Source of the DNA: Acidimicrobiaceae bacterium
Lineage (GTDB): Bacteria > Actinomycetota > Acidimicrobiia > Acidimicrobiales > Aldehydirespiratoraceae
Direction: 5' to 3'
Assembly: GCA_009843915.1 (NCBI GenBank)
Contig: VYCM01000110.1
Location: forward strand, 17,298 to 81,297
Length of the DNA stretch: 64,000 nt
The notes beneath the pieces were generated by a model, which did no database searches, was not told where the DNA came from, and saw only the letters and a program-made list of their open reading frames with translations. A program made the position numbers and the translations under genes. This document shows, piece after piece, positions 18,846 through 28,200 of the stretch; position 1 is the stretch's first letter, and each line of letters starts with the position of its first letter.

Positions 18846-19966
18846 TGAGGATCGACCGCATCGAGGTCCGGCACGTCACGATGCCGCTGCTGTACCCCTG
18901 GCGAACGGCGTCACACGAGATCTCAGCGATCGACAGCCTCCTGGTAAGGGTCACCAGCGGAGAACTCGAAGCGTGGGCCGAATCGTGTCCCTTCGGGACG
19001 CCCGACTACAGCCCCGAGTACGCCGCGGGCGCCTTCGCGATGCTGCGCGACTGGCTTGCGCCTGCTGTCGTCGGCACCGGGATCGATTCCGGCGGGCTGC
19101 TCCAGCAGCGGCTCTCCCGCTTCAAGGGCAACTACTTCGCCAAGGCAACCCTCGATGCGGCTTGGTGGGTGCTCGAAGCACGCCGTGTCGGCCACCCCCT
19201 CCACACTCTCCTCGGTGGCCGGCGCAATCGGGTGGAGGTCGGAGCCGACTTCGGCGTCATGGACTCGCTCGACGATCTCGTGGCCGCGGTGGACGATGCC
19301 GTCAGGACCGGCTGCCGGCGAGTGAAGCTCAAGTTCCGGCCGGGCTGGGACCTCAACATGCTGGAGGCCGTGCGCTCCACCTTCCCCGACCTCACCGCTC
19401 ACATCGACTGCAACGCGGCCTTCCGGCTGTCCGACCTGGATCTCTTCCGTGCGGTCGATCGATACGAACTCGCCATGATCGAGCAGCCGTTGCAGCACGA
19501 CGACCTTCTGGACCATGCGAAGCTTCAGGAACGGATCGACACTCCGATCTGTCTCGACGAGAGCATCGTCTCGGTCAAGAGCGCCGAGCATGCCATCGAA
19601 CTGGGAAGCTGCCGGTATGTCAACGTGAAGCCGGGCCGGGTGGGCGGGCTGACGGTGGCGAAATCGATCCACGATCTGTGCCGGGACGCCGGCATCGGAT
19701 GCTGGGTAGGCGGAATGCTGGAGAGCGGTGTAGGAGCGGCTATCTGCCTCGCGCTGGCCACGCTCGAGAACTTCACCTATCCGGCCGACATCTTTCCCGC
19801 ATCGCGCTTCTACGCTGAGGACCTGGCGGAACCGGCCGTGTCCTTCGAGACGTCGAGCGACGGCGGGTGGTACGCGGTCGCCGGGGATGAGCCCGGCATT
19901 GCGCCGGCGCCCAAGCCCGACCTATTGGAGCAGCTGACGGCAGGCCGGTTCGTGATCGAGGCGTAG
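18845..19966 (+). CDS. Enolase-superfamily OSBS / N-succinylamino-acid racemase (NSAR/NAAAR)-type enzyme
   Basis: KxK (VKLKF), metal ligands in DCNAA / MIEQP / CLDES, and second catalytic Lys in NVKPGRVGG. TGATG overlap with the CocE/NonD gene. No men genes nearby. Confidence 0.8.
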   Translation: MRIDRIEVRHVTMPLLYPWRTASHEISAIDSLLVRVTSGELEAWAESCPFGTPDYSPEYAAGAFAMLRDWLAPAVVGTGIDSGGLLQQRLSRFKGNYFAKATLDAAWWVLEARRVGHPLHTLLGGRRNRVEVGADFGVMDSLDDLVAAVDDAVRTGCRRVKLKFRPGWDLNMLEAVRSTFPDLTAHIDCNAAFRLSDLDLFRAVDRYELAMIEQPLQHDDLLDHAKLQERIDTPICLDESIVSVKSAEHAIELGSCRYVNVKPGRVGGLTVAKSIHDLCRDAGIGCWVGGMLESGVGAAICLALATLENFTYPADIFPASRFYAEDLAEPAVSFETSSDGGWYAVAGDEPGIAPAPKPDLLEQLTAGRFVIEA

Positions 19967-19990
19967 TCCTGCGCTTCGACGCTCTTCGGC

Positions 19991-20740
19991 TCAGACCAGT
20001 CTCGGCGGCACGGCGAGCTGATCGATCGCGTCCTTGGCCATTCCGATGTGTGCCTTGCCGTCATGGAGGGCGATGGCGCCGTGGCCCGGGAGGAGTGCAT
20101 CGAACTCCAACTCGGCCAGCGCCAGCACGGTCGCGAGCGAGGCCTGAAGGTCACAGTCCGGAATCGCCTGCAAGTGCAGCTTGCCCCACGCGAACACAGC
20201 ATCGCCGGCGAAGAGGTACGTCTGCTCGCCCCCTTCCACCAGATACGACCCGTGCCCGCCGCAGTGGCCCGGCGTGTCGAGATAGGTGAGCGTCAACCGG
20301 CCCACCGATCGTTGGGCGCCGTCGGTCAGCAGGTCATCGACAGGACAGGGCTCGTAGGAGTAGCCGTCGGGGAAGATCCCGGCGGCCTGAGCCAGCGCAA
20401 AGGACGTGGCCTCATGGTCGCCCTCCTCGAGCGCCCGCCCAGTGGCGGCTCCGGTCGCGACAGCCAGTCCCAGGCGCTCGCGGTAGACCGACGCGCCCCC
20501 TGCGTGGTCGGTGTGGTGGTGGGTCAGGAACAGCCTCGTGATCGCAGCCGGATCGCAGCCGGCCTCCCGGATGTTGGCGGTGACTCGCTGGTAACCGGTC
20601 TCCGTTCCCATGCCGCACTCGACGAGCACCTTCTCGTCGCCGCCGTCCAGCAGGTAGCAGTGCGCGTCGAAGTCTGACGAGACCCCGAAGCCGCTGAGCG
20701 TGCCGCCGCCCACCAGATGAACATCAGATGTGAGTCTCAC
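19991..20740 (-). CDS. MBL-fold metallo-hydrolase
   Basis: HHHTDHAGG (HxHxDH) motif. GTG start with GGGGAGA upstream. Confidence 0.85.
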   Translation of the reverse strand: MRLTSDVHLVGGGTLSGFGVSSDFDAHCYLLDGGDEKVLVECGMGTETGYQRVTANIREAGCDPAAITRLFLTHHHTDHAGGASVYRERLGLAVATGAATGRALEEGDHEATSFALAQAAGIFPDGYSYEPCPVDDLLTDGAQRSVGRLTLTYLDTPGHCGGHGSYLVEGGEQTYLFAGDAVFAWGKLHLQAIPDCDLQASLATVLALAELEFDALLPGHGAIALHDGKAHIGMAKDAIDQLAVPPRLV

Positions 20741-20752
20741 GAGGTTCTCCCC

Positions 20753-21541
20753 TTAGCTCTCGGGTACGTCGTAGGTCTGGGCGCTGAGGGCGCCGTCCAC
20801 GACGAGGTTGATTCCGGACACGTAGGCGGCTTCGTCGGAGGCGAGGTACAGAAAGGCGTTGGCGATGTCGTCGACCGACGTGAGCCGGTTGGCGGGCACG
20901 GCCGGGAAGCCCTCGGCGCGCCACCTGTCCATCAACTCCTCACCCACGATGTCGACCGACTGCTGGGTGTCGCCCGGACCCGGCGAGACGCAGTTGCACC
21001 GGATGTTGTAGGGGGCGCACTCGACGGCGATCGCCTTGGCCAGGGCCACTACGCCGGTCTTGGCCACGCAGTAGGGCGTGCACCCTCGACCGTGCCCGAG
21101 AGCGGCGATCGACGACGTGAACAGGATCACGCCGCCGCCGGTCTCCTTCATCGCCCGGGCCGCCCGGTTGCTCAGCACGAAGTAGGCGTCGAGGTTCACA
21201 GACAGGATCCGACGCCAGGTCGTGTCGCTCACGTCAACGAACTCGGACAGGTCCCAGGCGGCGGCGTTCGACACCATGACGTCGAGCTTGGGGTCGATGG
21301 CCAGAGCCCGCTCCACCGCTTCGGCGCAGTTCTCCATGACGCTGAGATCGCAGTTGAGCAGGTGGGGCGTGGCCCCCAACTCCTCGATCACCGGCGCGAC
21401 CGCGTCCAGACGTTCCTGCTGGTAGTCGACCAAGTAGAGGTTCCTGGCGCCCTCGGCCGCGAAGAGTTCGGCGGTGCGGCGCCCGAAGCCGCTCCCGGCT
21501 CCGGTCACGAAGACGTTGCGTCCTTCGAATCGTCGGCTCAT
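20753..21541 (-). CDS. SDR-family oxidoreductase (close paralogue of 2335-3123)
   Basis: Start MSRRFEGRNVFVTGAGSGFG at 21541. Collinear with 2335-3123 and, by eye, identical at well over three quarters of residues. The DNA is also recognisably alignable. Confidence 0.9.
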   Translation of the reverse strand: MSRRFEGRNVFVTGAGSGFGRRTAELFAAEGARNLYLVDYQQERLDAVAPVIEELGATPHLLNCDLSVMENCAEAVERALAIDPKLDVMVSNAAAWDLSEFVDVSDTTWRRILSVNLDAYFVLSNRAARAMKETGGGVILFTSSIAALGHGRGCTPYCVAKTGVVALAKAIAVECAPYNIRCNCVSPGPGDTQQSVDIVGEELMDRWRAEGFPAVPANRLTSVDDIANAFLYLASDEAAYVSGINLVVDGALSAQTYDVPES

Positions 21542-21575
21542 TCCTGATTCCCCCTGTACTTGATGCTTCCCGTTG

Positions 21576-22424
21576 CTAATGGGCGGTCCAGCCGCCATCC
21601 ACCGTCAACACCGAGCCGGTCACGTACGACGACGCGTCGGAGGCCAGGTAGATCACCGCCCCGGCGATCTCGGGCAACTCACCCCAGCGTTGCAGCGCCA
21701 CCTCCTGTCCGATCACCCTGACGCTGTGCTCGCTGTGCTGGTGGGCCCGGTTCATATCGGTCAGGAACGGGCCGGGAGCGATGGTGTTCACGTTCACTCC
21801 CCGCGGCGCCCACTCCATGGCCAGGGCTCGCGTCAGTTGGACGACGGCGCCCTTGGAGGAGGTGTAGGCGGTGCGGTCGGGTGCGGCCACCAGCCCGAAC
21901 GTCGACGACACGTTGATCACCCGCCCACAGCCGGATTCCCACAGGTACGGGGCCGCCGCCCGGCAGATCAGCCAGGGGCCGGTCACGTTGACGGCCAGAG
22001 ACTCCTCGAACTGGTCCGGCTCGAGATCGCCGATGGCGCCTCGCACGAGGATCCCGGCGTTGTTGACCAGGATGTCGAGACCGCCCAGGCGATTGACCGC
22101 CGCGGCCACCGCGGCCTCGACCGAGTCTCCGTCGGTTGCCTCCATCTCCACACCCGACGTCAGGCCTCCGGTGGTGGAGGCGATCTCGGCTGCCTTGGCC
22201 TTGGCGTCACCGAGGCTGCGGCTGGTCACGGCCACGCGTGCGCCGGCGAAGCTCAACGCCTCGGCCATCACCGCGCCGAGCCCCCTGGAGCCTCCGGTTA
22301 TCAGGGCGGCGCGTCCGTCGAGGCGGAACAGGTCGAGCGGATTGGGCGCTTGGGGCCTCCTAGGAAATCTCGGGTTGGTTTTGTGCGGTATATCCGAGGA
22401 ATCGTCCCGAGATTCTGCGGTCAG
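21576..22424 (-). CDS. SDR-family oxidoreductase (start codon unresolved)
   Basis: ITGGSRGLG, NNAG and YTSSK motifs. There is no in-frame ATG/GTG/TTG between the upstream stop (22421) and the Rossmann motif. The upper bound given is a CTG overlapping that stop (CTGA) with GAGGAGG 10 nt upstream. The only canonical start is ATG 22538, 118 nt inside the upstream gene. Confidence 0.75.
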   Translation of the reverse strand: MTAESRDDSSDIPHKTNPRFPRRPQAPNPLDLFRLDGRAALITGGSRGLGAVMAEALSFAGARVAVTSRSLGDAKAKAAEIASTTGGLTSGVEMEATDGDSVEAAVAAAVNRLGGLDILVNNAGILVRGAIGDLEPDQFEESLAVNVTGPWLICRAAAPYLWESGCGRVINVSSTFGLVAAPDRTAYTSSKGAVVQLTRALAMEWAPRGVNVNTIAPGPFLTDMNRAHQHSEHSVRVIGQEVALQRWGELPEIAGAVIYLASDASSYVTGSVLTVDGGWTAH

Positions 22425-22957
22425 GTGGCGTGGGCCTCCTCGTAGGACGGGCCCCCGCTGTCCTCGACCCAGTAGCGCCGGGCCCAGCCGACACCCTTCC
22501 AGGTCTTGATCTTGGTGGGGACCATCTTCACCAGCCAACGCGGCTGCTGGAGAGTGGAGACCAGGTAGGTGGGCCCGTTGGGACCGAGGTACCGGTACGA
22601 CATCTGCTCGGCGACCTGCACCCAGCGGCCCCCGATGTTGGGCTCCTCCTCGATGGTGGCGATGCCCTCCATGTAGACCTTGGGGATCTCCATCGCCTGG
22701 CCGGCCTCGTCAGGGTCGCTGTGGGGGGCGTCGATGACCACGCTGACCCGGCCGTCGGCCTTGATGTACTGGCACCACAGGGCCCGCTGGCGGCCGACGA
22801 AGTACAGCGCCTCGCCGTCCCACTGGTACCACACCGGCATCACGTAGGGCGACCCGTCGGGCTTGAGGGTGGCGAGCCGGGCGACGGGGTTGCCCGCCAG
22901 GAACTGCTCCATCTCCTCGGCCGTCAAGCCGCCCAGATCGCCTCGGAAACTGCTCAT
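22421..22957 (-). CDS. Pyridoxamine 5'-phosphate oxidase-like (FMN/F420-binding split-barrel) family protein
   Basis: 178 aa. LATL.PDGSPYVMPVWYQWDGEALYFVG is typical of the PPOX-like split barrel. Paralogue at 46865-47428. Confidence 0.65.
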   Translation of the reverse strand: MSSFRGDLGGLTAEEMEQFLAGNPVARLATLKPDGSPYVMPVWYQWDGEALYFVGRQRALWCQYIKADGRVSVVIDAPHSDPDEAGQAMEIPKVYMEGIATIEEEPNIGGRWVQVAEQMSYRYLGPNGPTYLVSTLQQPRWLVKMVPTKIKTWKGVGWARRYWVEDSGGPSYEEAHAT

Positions 22958-23009
22958 AGTCGACCGCTCCTTTTCTCACTGGTCGAGGCCGCACAGTACC
23001 ATCGCGTCG

Positions 23010-24089
23010 ATGGACCCGACCAAGCCGGTCGACGGCGTTGTGGAGGCCAACGAGGCCAACGGCTCCGGCGGTGATGCAGCCCTCTCGGTGCGCGACCTCG
23101 TCAAGACCTTCGAGGTGGGCGGAGGCTGGCTGGGCGGCGAGAAGGGCGAGGTCTCCGCGGTGGCCGGCCTGTCCTTCGATATCGGTTTCGGGCGCACGCT
23201 GGGCCTGGTGGGGGAGTCGGGCTGCGGAAAGTCCACCACCGCGCGGTGCATCCTTCGGCTGATCGAACCGACCTCGGGTGAAGTGGTCCTGCGGCGCCCG
23301 ATCGACGACGGCACGACCGAGAGGATCGACATCATCGCCAGCAGCCGGGCCGACCTTCGCCGGCTGCGCCGCGACATGCAGATCGTGTTCCAGGATCCCT
23401 TCGCCTCGCTGAACCCGCGCATGACGGTGGGCCAGGCCCTGCGGGAGCCGCTGAAGGTGCACACCTCGATGCCCCGTACCGAGCAGGACACCAGGGTGGG
23501 CGAACTGCTGCGGCTGGTCGGCCTCAATCCCCGCATCATCGACCGCTACCCCCACGAGTTCTCCGGCGGGCAGCGCCAGCGCATCGGCGTGGCCCGGGCT
23601 CTGGCCTTCGATCCCGGCTTCCTGGTGCTCGACGAGCCGGTGTCCGCCCTCGACGTGTCGATCCAGGCCCAGGTGTTGAACCTCCTCGACGAACTCCAGC
23701 AGGAGCTGGGCCTCACTTACCTGTTCATCGCCCACGACCTGGCGGTGGTGCGCCATGTGTGCGACGACATCGCAGTGATGTACCTGGGCAAGATCGTGGA
23801 GCGCACCTCCGCGGAGCGGCTGTTCGCGGAGTCGATGCACCCCTACACCCACGCCCTGCTCTCGGCCGTCCCGGTGCCCGACCCGGACCTGGAGCGGGGA
23901 AGGCTGCGCATCCTGCTCGAGGGGGATGTCCCCAGCCCGCTGAACCCCCCGTCCGGATGCCGCTTCCACACTCGTTGCCATGTGGGGCGTGACCAGGAGG
24001 TGTGCCGGGTCCAGGAGCCGCCCCTGGAAGAGGTGACCGAAGGCCACTGGGTGGCCTGCCACTTCCCCGAGGCCCGCCAGGTCGTATAG
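23010..24089 (+). CDS. Oligopeptide/dipeptide ABC transporter ATP-binding protein (OppF/DppF type)
   Basis: Walker A GESGCGKST, signature FSGGQRQR, Walker B LVLDEPVSALD, and the C-terminal Opp-type extension (HPYT..L, CRFHTRC). Confidence 0.9.
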   Translation: MDPTKPVDGVVEANEANGSGGDAALSVRDLVKTFEVGGGWLGGEKGEVSAVAGLSFDIGFGRTLGLVGESGCGKSTTARCILRLIEPTSGEVVLRRPIDDGTTERIDIIASSRADLRRLRRDMQIVFQDPFASLNPRMTVGQALREPLKVHTSMPRTEQDTRVGELLRLVGLNPRIIDRYPHEFSGGQRQRIGVARALAFDPGFLVLDEPVSALDVSIQAQVLNLLDELQQELGLTYLFIAHDLAVVRHVCDDIAVMYLGKIVERTSAERLFAESMHPYTHALLSAVPVPDPDLERGRLRILLEGDVPSPLNPPSGCRFHTRCHVGRDQEVCRVQEPPLEEVTEGHWVACHFPEARQVV

Positions 24090-24101
24090 AGGTCGTATAG
24101 A
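24080..24101 (+). repeat. Perfect 11-bp tandem duplication GGTCGTATAGA x2 spanning the oppF-type stop codon
   Basis: Read directly: 24080-24090 is identical to 24091-24101. The first copy carries the TAG stop (24087-24089). The second forms most of the 14-nt spacer before ATG 24104. Confidence 0.9.
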
Positions 24102-24103
24102 GA

Positions 24104-25255
24104 ATGAGGCCATCGCAGCCCATCGCGGGGATGCCGCGCTCGGGCATACGCGAGGTTATGGAGCTGGCCAACTCCATCGACGGCGCTATCCGCCTGGAGA
24201 CGGGCGAGCCCAACTTCAACACCCCCCGCCATGTCTGCGAGGCCGCGTCCGAAGCCGCCTTCAACGGTTTCACCAAGTACACCTCCAACGCCGGGATCCC
24301 ACCGCTGCGCGAGGCGCTGGCGGCCAAGGTCACCGAGCGCAACGGCATCAATGCCACCGCTGATCAGGTGGTGGTCACCTCTGGCGCGGTGGCCGGGATC
24401 TACAGCGCCATGGTCTCGCTGGTGGACCCCGGCGCGGAGATGCTGCTGGGCGATCCGAGCTGGCCCAACTACGCCCAGATGATGACGCTGCTGAAGATTG
24501 CGCCGGTCCATTTCCCGCTGCGGTCCGAGGCCGATCTGGTCCCGCAGGCCGCCGACGTCGAGCCTCTGATCACGGAGCGTACGCAGGCCATCCTGCTCAA
24601 CTCTCCGGGCAACCCGACCGGCGCGGTCACCGATGCCGCCGCCATGGCCGAGTTGATGGAACTGGCCCGCCGGCATGACCTGATGGTCTTCTCCGACGAG
24701 GTCTACGACGAGATCTCCTTCGACGGGCCGTACACCCCGGCGGCGCCGCTCGACACCGACGGCCGGGTGATCACGTTCTTCAGCTTCTCCAAGACCTACG
24801 CCATGACCGGCTGGCGGGTGGGCTACCTGGTGGTGCCGCCGGGCGTGTCGCCCCTGATCGTGCGGGCCCAGGAGCCGATCACGTCATGCGTCAACGCTCC
24901 CGCGCAGATGGGCGCCCTGGCCGCGGTCACCGGCCCGCAGGAGTGCGTGGCCGAGATGCGCGACGCCTACCGGCAGAGGCGAGACATGGTCACCGAGTTC
25001 CTCGCCGGCCGGGGCATCCCCCACGTGAGGCCACGGGGCGCCTTCTACCTGATGATCGACGTGAGCGGCAGCGGCAGTTCGGGCAAGGACTTCGTGCTGC
25101 GCCTACTGAACGAGAAGCATGTGGCGGTGGTGCCGGGCGACACCTTCGGCCCCGGCTCGGGCCGGTTCGTGCGCATCTCGCTGGCCACTGCGCCGGATCT
25201 CTTGATGGAGGGCGTGCAGCGCCTGGCCGATGCCGTCGAGGAGTGGGGCGGCTAG
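24104..25255 (+). CDS. Class I/II pyridoxal-phosphate-dependent aminotransferase
   Basis: NSPGNPTG and the PLP-Lys motif SFSKTYAMTGWRVGY. Paralogue at 47425-48582. Confidence 0.9.
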   Translation: MRPSQPIAGMPRSGIREVMELANSIDGAIRLETGEPNFNTPRHVCEAASEAAFNGFTKYTSNAGIPPLREALAAKVTERNGINATADQVVVTSGAVAGIYSAMVSLVDPGAEMLLGDPSWPNYAQMMTLLKIAPVHFPLRSEADLVPQAADVEPLITERTQAILLNSPGNPTGAVTDAAAMAELMELARRHDLMVFSDEVYDEISFDGPYTPAAPLDTDGRVITFFSFSKTYAMTGWRVGYLVVPPGVSPLIVRAQEPITSCVNAPAQMGALAAVTGPQECVAEMRDAYRQRRDMVTEFLAGRGIPHVRPRGAFYLMIDVSGSGSSGKDFVLRLLNEKHVAVVPGDTFGPGSGRFVRISLATAPDLLMEGVQRLADAVEEWGG

Positions 25256-28200
25256 CTCGGGTGAAGGGCCGCTGGGTCGACCGCTACGTCGATCCGAGCT
25301 ATTGCACCGGTACGGGCGAAGAGGGCCCGGCTGGTGTCGCGGTCCAGCCCGTCGACACCGGCGACCTCCTGACCGTCGGTCAGCACGGCGCGCGTCCACG
25401 GCGCGGAGTCATCCAGGCGATACACCACCGGCGCGCCGCAGTATGTGAAGCCGAGCATTCCCTCTTCGAGGCGTCCGCCTTGGCCCAGCGGCAGCCACGG
25501 GCGCGCCGCGGCCAGGAACTCTGCCGGGTCCAGCAGCACGGGGGCGAAGCGCAGGCATCCGTCCTCGACCTGCAGGCCGAGCTCTCCCCAGCGCAGCAGG
25601 ATGCCCTCCTTGACGGCACCGGTCATGCCCGGCTGTTGAGCACCGGTGTGGCCCGGTGTGTGCGAATGGGGGTCGAGCGGGAAGGCGCCGTGGTCTGCGA
25701 CCGTCTTGGACGGACCGAGACCTGATCTGACTCGCCGGTAGCGCTGGACCATCTCCGCCACGAGGCTGCGGTCGGCGCCGGCATCGGCCGCCGCGAAGAT
25801 GCACTGCTGCAAGCGGAACATCAGCTTCATCACCATGTGCCAGTAGACGCAGCCAAGCCCCTCGTAGCGGTACATCGTCTGTGACCGGCCCGCGGACTCC
25901 CGGTGCCTGAAGACCGCCTCGTACGCGTCGAGTACCTCGCAGCGGCCGGCGGAGTCCAGCCGATGTGCCGGGTCCAGCGAATCGAGGGCATCCTCGAGGT
26001 CCTGCTCCCGGCGCAGGTGGGCCGCGAAGCGCACGCTGCCCTCCTCGTCGCGGTGCGCGATGCCGTGGCGGTCACCGATCAGGCTGCTCAGAGCTGGCCC
26101 GACCAGGCCGTCAGGCACCCGGTTCTTCTCCATGAACGCCGGCGGCGGAGTGTCCGGGTGCAGCAGGAAGGAACGCTGGTCGGGGCGGTACAGCTCGCTG
26201 CCGAAGAGGGCGTCGACCAGTTCGATCACCTCCCGCGGGCCTGCGAGAGATGAGCTCATGGCCGCTGCCTGGCCCTCGAGCATCGCGTAGAGGGGCGCCA
26301 GTTCAGCGGTATCCGGCCGGAGCCGCAGCAGCTGGTAGGCGTGCGCCAGGCCGTCAGTCCGCCAGGCTTCGGCCACGATCCTGTCGAGGTGCGGTAGGGC
26401 AGCCTGGATGCATCGCCGCAACCCGTCGACGCTCGCCCCGGCTGCAGGCTCGGGCGCCCGGCCGTAGACGCGGGAGCGGTACGAGGAGCCACAGCGACCG
26501 AGCTGGTCGAGCAGGCCTCGGCGAGCCTCGGCAGTGATCGGGCCCTCCTGGGCCAGGACGCGGTGGGCTTCGAGAGCCGCTTCAACGCCGTCCAGCCACT
26601 CCAGCACCGCCGGCGAGACCGGCACCTCCGCCACCGGCGACCGTCCCAGGAGACCATCGAGGAACGCCAGGTACTCGCGCAGATGGAACACGGTCACCAC
26701 CGACACGCCGATGCCCACCAGGGCGTTGTTGGCGTCGTTCCACTCGGGTCGCTGCGTGTTGAGCCAGATCCCCCCGCCCGGGACCAGGCTCGAGAGCTTC
26801 GCCAGGGCTGGTACCAGCAGCTTTTCCGTCAGAGAAGCGTGATGCACCCCTCCGTCAGCGCCTGGGACCAACCGCCCGTCGGCGCCGATCTCCGCCACCC
26901 GCTCGTCGACGCTCGCCTGGGCGGCGTGATCGAACTCCAGAGTGTTCTTCGGATCGCTCACCATGATGTCGTAGGGCAGTATCCGGTAGGGCACGTCGGC
27001 GTACGAGAACTCGAGCCGGTCGAGCCTCGCCTCCAGCGAGTCCGGATGGAACCGGTGCACCGCGTCGAGGATGCTGTGCAGGTAGACGATCTGGTGATCG
27101 CCCCAGTAGCCGAAGTTCGACCAGGCCCCTTCCCCGGGCGTCTCCCAGTCGATTCCCTCGCTGCTGATCCGGTAGGGGTTGTGGCCGTCCATCGTGGAGG
27201 CGTTGAGGAACTTGGCGAGAAAGGACTCGGCGAAGCCGGGGAAGCTGTGCACGAGCGCCTGCCAGTTCTGGAATATGTCGCGCCAGTTGCCCTCGTACGC
27301 GAAGAGCCGATCACTCGCCGAGGTGCCATCGCCGATCTGGAAGGTGTTCCAGGGGCGGCTCGGGTCGCCGTGGCGGCGGCTGAACGTCAGCGGTAGGTAC
27401 TCGTTGACCAGCCGGACCAGCGTCGCATCCTGTGACACGGCATCCCGCAGGCTGTCGAGCTCGACGACGGCTTCGATCTCGCCGGTGAGCTGCTCGAAAC
27501 GAACAGCGGCGGGGCGGTTGCGGGAGGCCACGAAGCGGCCCACCTCGGCCACTGCCACCCGGTGGTCGTCCACCGGCGCGCCGCCGCGCATGCAGTTGTA
27601 CGTCACGTTGGCCAGGTGGCTTGCGACCGCGGCCCGGTCGGCGGTCTCCTGCCGGGCGTCGGCGTAGGAGATCAGGCTCATCACCTCGTGGTGGGCCCGG
27701 TCGAGCGCCGCGCTGGTGGCCGCCCCGGACGCGCTGGCGTCGGCGGTGCGCAGCCACCGGCGCAGGCGGGCTGCGTCGGCGTGGTCGCGGTCGACGTCGG
27801 CCACGATCGTCCACCGCAGGGGCGACTCCGGGCTGATGCGGGCCGCCGCGGAGGTGAGGAAGGCGCCCTTGACGCCGGTAGCCAGGTGCTCGGTCTCGAG
27901 GGCCTTGCCCGAGCGGAAGCTGCGGATCTGGCGGTCGGACATGGCCGTGACCGCGCCGTCGAGCCCGCGTGACCACACCACCGAGGCCAGCAGTGACTCG
28001 GCCGGCTCGGCGAGGTCGCCGACCAGGGCCTCGAGGGTGAACAGGGCCAGACCCGACTCGGGGTCGAACTCCGAGCGCCGGTAGGCGTCGATGAGCGTGC
28101 TCGACGTTTGCTGGGTCTCGAGATCCACGCCGGCCGGCAGCACGTCGATTAGCCCGTCCAGCAACTCGACATCGCATCCGGAGGCGTCCGCCGATGCGGT

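Noticed and set aside
25252-25255. Convergent genes (the aminotransferase and the giant gene) share their stop codons in a palindromic CTAG.
   Set aside because: This is a real but trivial consequence of tight packing, with no evidence of function.
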